From the IMG/VR virus record IMGVR_UViG_3300046008_000478, positions 1 to 64,000 of that record: 64,000 nt of DNA. One strand, 5' to 3'. Positions 46,287 to 56,900 of this stretch are shown here, piece by piece. Both the position numbers and the translations under genes were made by a program. Within the stretch, counting starts at the first letter, position 1. Each line of letters opens with the position of its first letter. The notes under the pieces were generated by a model, which saw only the letters and a program-made list of their open reading frames with translations, ran no database searches and was not told the DNA's origin. This DNA comes from a virus.

Positions 46287-47900
46287 ATGGCTGATGCACT
46301 GACAAGTTTTATGGGCGGCCTGGCCGGCGGCTACATCAATGAATCCAATCGCCGCGAGGACCGTGAGCGCACCGATCGGCTGGACGCCATGCGCGAGCAG
46401 GAGTTTATGCTGCGCAAGCAAGGCCTTGAGGGAGACCTCAAAGACAAGGAGCAGGCCAGGTCTGATGCAGCCGATCTCCGCAAGGAGGGGCAGGATGTTG
46501 CTACAACCGATGTTTGGTCCAGCGATATGTCCGGCATGCCTCCAGAGGAAAGGCAGGCCATGGCTGAAAAGATGTCGAGCGGAGAGATGGGTCCGGCCAA
46601 TGGAGTAGAGGTTGGGTCGGGCTCGGAGCGCAAGTCCTTCCTGAAAAACGAGGGAGGCATTGCAGATGCGAAGTCATACGCCTCCTCGCTCAATGACCCT
46701 GGCGCCAAGTCAGACCGCGTCACCAGGATGTTGCGTTTGCAAGGAAAGTACAAAGAAGCCGACGCCAACGAGCTTGGGATCCAGGACCATAAAAAAGCCA
46801 TGTACAACGCTGGACGCGATGCTATTTGGCGCGGCATTTCTCCGTTCATCTTGAATGGCGATGATGCCAAACTGATTGATGCCTACGGCCATTACAAGGA
46901 TGGCAACACAATCCAAATCAAGCGCAATGAAGCGGGTGGCGGCGAGTTGTTTCAACTCGGATCCAAAGGCGAGCCCATTGGATCTTACAAATTTGCAGAC
47001 AACGCGGATCTTGCGGGCAAGGTGCGCGATGCTCTGTACCCAGAAGAGGCTCTTTCGCGCGTCAATGCGGGCAAGGTTGCTGGCGCCAAGCATGCCGCGG
47101 CTCTTGAGTTGCAAGGCGTCAAGAACCAAGGAACTCAGACTGCAGCTGCAATCAGGGCCAATGGGCAGATAGCGCTTGGTAGCCTGCGCGCAAGCAGCGG
47201 AGGATCATCTGGCGGGCGAGGCAAGGCTGCGGCAGGGCCGGAGACTCCAGAGTCCATCATGTCAGGGATCATCACGACATCCAACAAAGATGCGGATGGG
47301 GCGTCCAAAATGTCGCCTGAGCAATCCGGATCTGCGATTGAGTTTGGGTCGCGGTTTTTAGCCAATAACCCAGGACTTCATCCATCACTGGCGGCTAGTG
47401 CAGCCATTGCGCAAGCCAGAAATCCGCAGCCACTGCTGCGTGCTTTTGATGCGGATACATGGACAATCAAACCCGCCATTCAGGAGCTCGTCAATGGCAA
47501 AAAGCTGTTTGCTGGTGGATCACTTGCTCCGCAAGAAGCTGACAAATCCGTCTACGCAAATGGCATTCAGTCATCGCTGGATGCAATGAAGCCGGAAGAC
47601 AGGGGGATGTACCTGCGAGCAGCCAATGGCGACAAGCCGACAGCCACGCTCATGCACAACAGCTTGGTCAACAAAAAGGTTGCAGCCATCCAGGCGGACC
47701 CGAGGTTTACCAATACGCCGGCAGCAACCATTCGGGACTTGGCAATCAGAGAGGTGGACAACCACCTGGAAGGCCGATATGCACTCATCCGCAGGTATCA
47801 GTCCGGGATGCTGCTGAAGCCGGCTGGCTACCAGGCCCCGGCCGCACCTCCGATTAAGCACCAATTTACACCTGACGACATCCACCTTCCAAATGAGTGA
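46287..47900 (+). CDS. Probable internal virion/ejection protein
   Basis: SFMGGLAGGY N-terminus, helical; context. Confidence 0.6.
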   Translation: MADALTSFMGGLAGGYINESNRREDRERTDRLDAMREQEFMLRKQGLEGDLKDKEQARSDAADLRKEGQDVATTDVWSSDMSGMPPEERQAMAEKMSSGEMGPANGVEVGSGSERKSFLKNEGGIADAKSYASSLNDPGAKSDRVTRMLRLQGKYKEADANELGIQDHKKAMYNAGRDAIWRGISPFILNGDDAKLIDAYGHYKDGNTIQIKRNEAGGGELFQLGSKGEPIGSYKFADNADLAGKVRDALYPEEALSRVNAGKVAGAKHAAALELQGVKNQGTQTAAAIRANGQIALGSLRASSGGSSGGRGKAAAGPETPESIMSGIITTSNKDADGASKMSPEQSGSAIEFGSRFLANNPGLHPSLAASAAIAQARNPQPLLRAFDADTWTIKPAIQELVNGKKLFAGGSLAPQEADKSVYANGIQSSLDAMKPEDRGMYLRAANGDKPTATLMHNSLVNKKVAAIQADPRFTNTPAATIRDLAIREVDNHLEGRYALIRRYQSGMLLKPAGYQAPAAPPIKHQFTPDDIHLPNE

Positions 47901-47983
47901 TGGCCGCAGGGCTGCCAGCCCTGTCTGCGGATTATTGTGGTTAAAGCCTGAATCCATTCAGCAATAAATATCAGAACCAAAAC

Positions 47984-50900
47984 ATGAGCATCCTCGACAA
48001 CACTGCCATTGAACAACAGCTACTGGCCATGGGCGAGAAAAAGTCCGCCGGAGATGCGCCAGCCGCGCCCAGGTCCGACAGCGCAGCCAGCGGGCCACAA
48101 GCTTTTGTTCAGCGGTATGCAGACCTTGCCGCAACCACCGGGGCAAAGCTCGGTGTGGCGCCAGAAGTTCTGCTTGGTCAATGGGGGCTGGAGACAGGCT
48201 GGGGCAAGAGCATCATCCCGGGAACCAACAACCTGGGCAACATCAAGGGTAAGAATGGCCCCATGGCCACCGACAACCAAACTGGCTCGCGTGACTCCTA
48301 CCGGGCGTATAAGGACGACGCTGATTTTGGCAATGGCTTCACTGCATTTATCGGAAACTCAGAGCGCTACCAGGGCGCCCTGAATTCAGGCGCAGATGCT
48401 GGCGCGTACTTCTCTGCCCTCAAGAAAGGTGGCTACGCAGAAGACCCCGCCTACGTGCAAAAGGGTGTAAGCGCAACTCGTCTTGCGTCACAATTCCTGG
48501 GTGGGCGTGCTCTACCTGCAGGGCAGGTGAGTGCAACGGAGGCGCCAACCGAGGCTCCGCAGTACCACTGGGGTGCACAAGATGGTCCAACGCGCACCGT
48601 TGCCACTAAGCCAGCCAGCTTCGCTGAAAAGGCGGCAGACACCGCTATTTCCCTGGGATCTGGGTTGCTTGGTGGCGCCAAGAGTTTGACGGATGTATTT
48701 GGCGCAGACAACTCCGCATCACAATTTCTTGGCGAGCAATCCAAGAATGTTGACGGTTACACATCGGATGAGCGCAAAGCGGAGCGCGCAGCCAGTCAGG
48801 AAAAGATCAAGCAAGCTGAGCTGTACGGTTCTGCATGGGATGAGATCAAGGCCAACATCAGTGCATTTGCAGATGCCCCCATTGACATCGTAGTGGGCGC
48901 GGTTGGATCCAGTGCCCCAACCCTGTTGAGCATGTTCATTCCGGGGCTTGGTCAAACTGCTGCTGCACGCCTGGTGATGGGCGGGATTATGGGTGCCGCA
49001 CAGGGGACTGGCGCTGGCAAAGGCAGCATCTACGAGGCTGTGGAAAATAAGCTGCTGGAGTCCGGCATCGACCAGGACACAGCAAAGAAAACAGCGGCGG
49101 CAGCGCAAGCATACGACGGCCAGAATGGCGGAATGATCGCAGCCAACGGAATCATGGGCACCATCGCTGGACTGACTGGTGTCGAGGGCTCGCTCGCCAA
49201 AATACTGGGAAAGAAGGTCGCAGAAGGCGCCGCAGAAAAAGCAGCCCCTGGACTGATTAAAACTTTTGCTAAGGGTATTGCGCAGGAGTCCCCAATAGAA
49301 GGTGCCCAAGGCGGCCTTGAGCGAGTCTCTGGGAATGTTGCTCTGCAAAACCAAGGGTACGACACTCCAACATTCCAAGGGGCTGCCGGACAGGCGGCTA
49401 TGGAAAGCTTGGCATCCGCACCAATGGGTGGCGGCTTTGCTTTGCTGAGTCGCAACGGCCAGCCAGCCGGCCCAATCACACCACCCAATCCACTGGAGGA
49501 GGCAGCCAAGGCGCCTGGCGCTGTACTGTCGCGCGCAGCCATTGCGCCGGATGACATCGCCCAGCGCGCCCATGAGATTGAAGGCGAACTCAAAGACAGC
49601 GGCGGCATGCAGGCCCTGCGCTCCATTGGTGCACAACACGTTGCCCCATTCCTAGAGGCCCTGTCGATTGCCAAGGACAAGCGCCTGCCGGCAGCCGCGC
49701 GCCAGGAAGCACTGGACACCATCAACCTGGGCATGCAGTGGATGGCTGACGGCAAGACCGCGGACCAGCCAGGCAATGGATCTCCATTCAGCACCAGCTT
49801 GGTGACGCAGTCAGCACCCACTCAGCCGGGCACGGACCTAGCCACCACAGCGGGCGGAGCCCTGACCAATCCTGGCATGCCGCAGGCTTTCGATCCCAAC
49901 ACGATCGATGGCGAGGTCACGCGCGTGGACAACATGCTGGATGGCCCCAAGGCATTGCCGGCGCCACCAGGCCCAGCACTCACCAATCAAACAACTCAGA
50001 CGCCTGCACCCGCAGGCGTTTCTACTTCTGCACCACAGGAAATCACCAATGTCACTCAAGCCCCTCAGTCCAAGCAAGCAGCGCAAGAAGGACAAGAAGC
50101 ACCCGCAGCTGCCACCCCAGCAGTAGACACTGCGCGCACGCAGGTTTCGGCGCCCAAGGTATCTATACCCACTGGCAAGGGAACAGCTCAGTCACGAAAG
50201 CGCCGGGCCCAGCTCGATGCCATGGTTGTCAGCGGATTCGACACGGTGGAGCGCCGCGACGATGGCTTCTACCTGATCAACCACAAGTCCAACGAAGAGA
50301 TGCGCCTGGATGGCATGGGTGACGCGCAGACTGCCCGGGTAGCCATTAAATTCAAGATGGATGCGGACTCGCACGTAGCGCCATCATCCCCTCTGAATGA
50401 CAAGAAGGCGCCTTCCGAGGCTCAGATTGAGGCCGGCAACTACCACAAGCCAGTCACATCAATCAACGGCTTCAAGGTCCGTATTGAGAACCCCAATGGG
50501 TCAACCCGAAGCGGCACCTCGCCCGATGGCAAGAAGTGGTCCAGCACCATGGCCGCCCACTATGGCGAGCTCGAAGGCACGCTGGGCGCAGATGGCGACA
50601 AGGTCGATGTGTTCATTGGCAGCCGCCCGGACAGCGACAAGATCTATGTGATCGACCAGAAGAACAAGGACGGCAGCTTCGACGAGCACAAGGTGATGAT
50701 GGGCTACCAAAGCCTGGAAGCCGCCAAGGCCGGCTACCTGGCCAATTACGAAAAGGGCTGGACCGGGATGGGCGCCGTCACCGAGATGGGTGTGGCGGAG
50801 TTCAAGGCCTGGGTGAAGTCGCAAGAGGCGCTGAAGCCAGTGGCGTACACTGACCCCAAAACAACAGGGGTAGAGAATGACGAACGAGGATCTGACGCAG

Positions 50901-53900
50901 CAGGCGCTGGACTGGATACGCAATCGGAAGGAATCACTGGAGTCAGCAGCAGCACTGGAGAAGGAGTGCGGAATCCAGCTTCGACAAAGGGGGCTGGATC
51001 CACTGGATCTTCCGGAGCCACTCAGCTCGATGGTAATGAAGCTACTGTCGCAAGAAACGCAGAGCTCCTAGCTCGGGTACGAAGCGCTATTGAGGGGCTG
51101 CGCGCTCGGTATCAGGCGCAGCTCTCCGTCGCAAGTACCGATGCGGAGCGTAAAAAACTCCTGCACGAAATATCTCGACTCCCCGATGTAAACGACCCTA
51201 GTGGAGAGTTGCTTCAGGGGTACTCAAATGTTGCCTCTGCATGGGAGCGCGCTTTTGGTCAATCCGTTGGTGCTTATGTAGACGGAAGGTCGTCGGCAGA
51301 CGATGGCTTCCAGATGGGAAGCGATGCACTCGTAAACCTGCTTAACCAACAGATGCCATTGCAGTGGACGATGGCCCATGAATTCAAGCACTTGAGCGAG
51401 TTTGTGCCGAGCCTGAAGAAGCTGTACGACAGAATTTTCAGCCTCATCCCACAGGGTGCGCGGTCAGAATACCTTAGCTATCTGCACCGTACAGGCCAGG
51501 CGTCCACCAAATCTCTCGATGCGGCCACTGCCGCGGATATCGCCAAGCTGCGCCAAGAGATGGTTGCAGACTTCCTTGGGCAGCGCTTTACCGACAAGGC
51601 TTGGCTTGAGCAGCTTGCAAAGCAAAAGCCAAATCTTTTTGGTGAGTTTGTCCGCGACTGGTTGAGCATACTCAACAACGCCATACACGAGCTTATTTCC
51701 GCACTGTCAAAGGGGAATAACCCAAAAGACATTGACCGACTGATGCTGGGTCATCTGAAGCAGCTCCAGGAGATGAAACTACTGGCGGTTGATGTGGCTA
51801 CAGAGTGGGCAGAGCGCAACCCAAGGATGTCAAAGAGCACAGGCGCAAGCGAAATACTGCATAGCTCCCGCATCGACTCCATCAACGAGCTCGGCAACCT
51901 CAACCTGGACGCCATGTCTATCGATGAAGACCTGGACATGGTCGAGTTCCTGAAGGCGCAGGCGGAGTTTGATGCACAGCGGCCAGCAGCCAAGGTCGAT
52001 CCCAAGCGCGGCGGGCCGGTGCAGCCGCGCGCGGATATTGCCGATGCCGAGATCCAGGCGCATGGCCTGGCGGCCGAGGATGCTTATGGCGACGCGACCT
52101 GGGTGCATACCCACAAGTCAGCCGTCATGCTGAACACCACGGCCCGCAACCTGTACAAGCAGGGCGACGAGTCCCGCATCGATCTGCTGCAAGAGCAAGA
52201 CGGCAAGTGGGGCACCGAGGGTGGCATCCGCGGCACCTGGGTCGGCAATGACGGCATGTCTACCGGCGGAACTACCAGCCTGAAGATGGCTCAGAAATTC
52301 GTCAGCCGATTCATTGCGTCCAAGGATTTATTCGCACGCAAATTTGACATTGCGCAGACTTACTCCAGCGCATCCAGGGCCAACCTGCTGAATGCCTGGA
52401 ATGCCTTGAACAAGATGGATGGCGTGCGCAAGTATGCCAAGGCCGACAAGACAGCCATGTCCATGAAGGACATCGCGACCCAGTTGGGTGTGACGAAGTT
52501 CTATGACGTGTCCACCTTCACTGAGCGCCAAAGCCCAACCGAATCATTCCTGATGGTTGAATTCACCAACAAGGAGACGAGCGAAACCCAAGAAGCCAAC
52601 CTGACCATCGAGAAGGATGGCGACCAGCGCTTTGCCACCGCCCACACCGGAGCATTGAACCGCAACGGACTGGGCGGCGCCTTCTACCAGATGGCTGTGG
52701 AGTACGCTGCACGCAACCGGCTGGTGATTCGGCCTGATGATTCGCTGTCTGGCGTGAACACCTACCGGCGCACCGAGCAGATGCTGGCGTCCGCTATGCG
52801 CTCGGGAAAGTCCAACATCATGGTTCCGCATTCGGTGCAGCGGGTCTACGGATTCCAGAACGATGCCAAGACGCAAGATGAGCACGATGACAACGTAGTG
52901 CGCTTGCTGCTGGCCGGGCTGCGCAACGCACGCGAGCTGGCGCCTGAGATGGGGCTGCTGAACTACCACCCTGAAACCGACACCTTCACCCTGAAGAATG
53001 GGAAAGATGCGACCGGAATTGTGGATCGCATGCTGGCCAACGAGGATGCTCGTGCATTTGGCCTGGGCCGCAGTACCCTGGCGCGCGCCGTGCTGACAGA
53101 GATGGCATTGCTTGGGCAGTTGGACGTCAAGTCCATCCAGTCCATCGGAACCCCGCTCTTGTACAGCGCCCGCGAGGATGCTGAGCTGGAATACAAGCTG
53201 GTCGAGGACCAGTACAAGGGCACGCCTCAGTGGATGAAGGCGCCAGATGGCAGCCAGACACAGCTCACCCAGCGCCAATGGGTGCAGGTGCGCACGCCTC
53301 AATTCAAGGAATGGTTTGGCGACTGGGAAAAAGCCCATGCTACCGGCGGCGTCTGGGCAACAAAAGAAGATGTGTCCAAGGTCGTGGGCTCAGATGGTGA
53401 GCCTCTGGTGGTTTACCACGGGACCGACAAGGGCGGATTCATGGCGTTCAACCAGCCCGGCGGCACCAAGCGCGGCGACCTGGGAGTCTTCACGACCAGC
53501 AATGAAGGCATGGCTCGCAGCTATGTCCGCAAGGGTCGGCCGCAGGATATGACGCCACCAGTTGGGCTAGGCGACCTGGAGGAAATTGGCTACGCTTTTG
53601 AGCAAGGATTCCGGATCGATGGTGACTTCTACGATAGCGAAGAGGAGGCTCGCGATGCGGCGCAAGAGGGGGATGTGATTGCTCCAGCTGTGCGCGCCAT
53701 GGATATTGATGGCTATTTTATAGATGGGCCACGGGAGACTGGTCATTTCTTTGCAACCATGGACGATGCGGTGGAAGAGGCGCTTGGCTTGTACGACGGA
53801 GCAACCGGAATCTCCACAATTTACGCCGCCTTCGCCAACATCCGCCACCCAAATGAGACCAATTTTGAAGGCGCACTCTGGGGTGGCGAGCGACCAGAGC

Positions 53901-56900
53901 AGTACGTTGTATCGATTGATGGGGATCTGCAGTCGCGCGCGGATGGTAAGCAATACTTCACCCGAGAAGAGGCCGAGGCGTTCGCCAAAGAGCATCCCAA
54001 CCCACTCTACCAGGATGACGATGGCAGTGACTACATCGAGCCAGCTCAAGACCACTACCAAACCACCGACGACGCAGTGCGCGAAGGCCTGAAGCATGGC
54101 CACGACGGCACGATCATTCGCGAGGTTATTGATGACGGCGGCGGAATTGGCTACGACGACATGCCTTCCGATGTGTTTGTGGCCAACAAGCCAGAGCAGT
54201 TGAAGTCGGCAGACTGGAACACGGGTGAGTTTGGATCGTCGGATGACCTGCGGTACAGCGAGAGACTCATCGAAGCATCGTCAGCGCAGCACCAAATGGA
54301 GATCGAAAGGGAGGAGAGGGAGATTGCCGCCACCACTCGATTGTCTGCCGCAGAGCAGAGCTCCATCGCCATCGAGGCTGAACTCATTGGCATACCAAAA
54401 AGCAAGCTTGAGCTTGAGGTGCGTCGTATTAAGGCGCAGTTCCCAGCATCTGCGGGCTGGGCGCCCATGGAATTCGACAAGATCAATAAAGCCGAGTACG
54501 CCAAGAGGGGCGTCCTGATAATGCGCACTGTCGAGTTCAAGAAACAGCCTTACGATTTCCATCTTGGGCGCGATGGAAAGGACGACACGTCTACACACAA
54601 CAAGCGGGTGACGTCAGTTGCCAAAGGCATAAGTGACGAGATTATTGGACTGTCCAACAAGGCTAAACAAGGTGACAAGAACGCGCAAATCACCATGGAC
54701 CAGATTGGCTGGTACAGCAAGGTAGCCGCCATGTTGCACCATCAGTTTGGCGGCTTCGCAGACTTCCTTGCTCAGCTCATGGGGCCAACCAGCGCCAATA
54801 CGCCAGTGGAGGGCAATGTCAAGTACGCTATGTCCGCACTCAAGTCGGCAATGTCTGGCAAGTGGGATGGCCTCATCGCGGACACAATACGCTGGAATGA
54901 AGGCGTCATGCAAGCGGCTGCCGGATTGGATGCGGTGATCGATGCTAATCGCGCAAAACCCAAGGCAGAGCGCCTGACCGGGAAAGCTTTAGCTCAGACC
55001 GTGGAGTTCAAGGATGCCATGGCAGTAGTTGCAGCGGCCGCACCCTATCAAGGAGAGGTGCCACAGCAAGATAGCGGAGCTAAATTCGGCATGGCCACCC
55101 AGGGTGTTGTAGAAATACTGGCTGGCATTTGGAGTGACTTCCAGCGCGGTGATGCACCCAAGACCAAGAACTACTACCAAAACCTGATTGGCCGCCAGTT
55201 CACCGGCGCCACCATCGACGTCTGGGCGGCGCGCACGCTGCGCAGAATGGCTGGATTGCTGCGCCTGCCAACGTCGGCAGAGAAGGGCGTCGCTGGCAAC
55301 ATTGGGGCCAAGCTAACCCCGGGCGCGGAGTTTGGCTTCGGGCAGGAGGCGTTTGTTAAGGCTGCTGAAAACCTGCGCAACTCAGGCATTGAGGAATTTG
55401 CCAACACCACGCCGGCTGATGTGCAGGCGATGATTTGGTTTAGCGAGAAAGAGAGTTGGGCTCGCAGCAACTGGACCACCAAAATTGGCGAAGGCGGCTC
55501 TGCTGAAGCAGAATTCAATCTCCAGGGCAATGCCGATCGAGATGGACTGGAGGATGCGCGTAGGATGGCTCGCAAGGGACTGCCTCACACCGGAAGCACC
55601 AAGCCAAACAAGACGGAGGAGGGCGCCCAACAAGCATCCATCAATGCTGGCGTGGGGCAATTCCCATCCGCCCGCGAAACCCCTCAGTACAAAGAACGCC
55701 TGGCGAAAATCATCGCCAAGGCGGTGCGCGCCCGCAATGAAGCCCGCGTGCAGTTTGAGTCCATGCGCGGCGCAGCCGACCGCTGGATTGCTGGGGTGAC
55801 CCCGGCCACGGACTTCACGCCAACGGACGCCACCATGGCCGAGGTTGGCGCAGAGCTGGAGTCAAAGGTTGCCATGGGCGAAGATGCCCACAAGGTCTTG
55901 GCATTCAAAGCGCTGCCGACCATGGGTCGTTACGGCTATGACGAGCGCTCCATTGACTTCGAGGGCGTCACCCGCCAAGGCTACAACGGCGTCGATATGC
56001 TGAAGCCGCTGCTTGAATTAGCCAAGGACAAGGCGCAGGATGGCCTGCTGTTTGGACGCGTCTTGCGCGCGGATGAGGATATCGACTACCTGCGGCACCG
56101 CCCTGGCCTTGAACTCTATCTGGCTAAAGGCACAACGATGGAGAAGGCGCAGCCACTGCTGGACAAGCTCACGGAACTTGGCTTCCAGCAGTTCACATTC
56201 GTGGTGGATCCAGTGCGGACCCCGGGCGCCTTATCCGGCAAGATGGGGGATGTTGTTGGCCTGCGCTACATCTTCACTCCGGAATTTGCGTTGCGCGAAC
56301 CCAACCCTGAGTACGGCGGCGACCAGACTTGGGCGCCTGGAGCCTTGACCGATGACCAGATCCGGGGCAGAATGTTAGCGAAGGCTGATGAGCTGCATGG
56401 CCTCTCTGATGACCTACAAATGATTGCAGGCGTTTCCTCTGTTGAGAGGCGCCATTACGAGGCTAATGTTTATTTTTGGGGTGATTATGACAACGCAATT
56501 GCAAGACTTGGAGCGAGGGCTGGAAATAGTGACTCGGAAAAATCATGGAGCGGACAGCCCTTACGCTCAGGGCTTGAGGGCGCAGATCGCCGCCGCGAAA
56601 TGGACTCAGGCTCAGAAGACGCAAAGTCCTTCGCAGCTCGAAGAGACGTACTTCGGGGGGACTCGGAGCCAGCCTTCAGCCGCCGGGACGAGGGATATAG
56701 CGGACGGGATGGAGCGGATGGCTCGGTCTCGATTAAAGGAGCTGTCCACTACGGACGGCAAGCAGGCCTAAGCGTACTGTCCGGGTCCTCTAGTGGGACC
56801 GGAATCAAAGGCGCAGAGCAAGACCGCTTGAGTGCACCAGGAGTAGACCCCCGCATCAAGCGCCGGGTCTATTTTTACATCCCAACATCAGTCGGAATTC

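Noticed and set aside
47959-47968. Third copy of the late leader (CAGCAATAAA)
   Set aside because: Only the first 10 nt match; hairpin and AAATAGCGGC are absent
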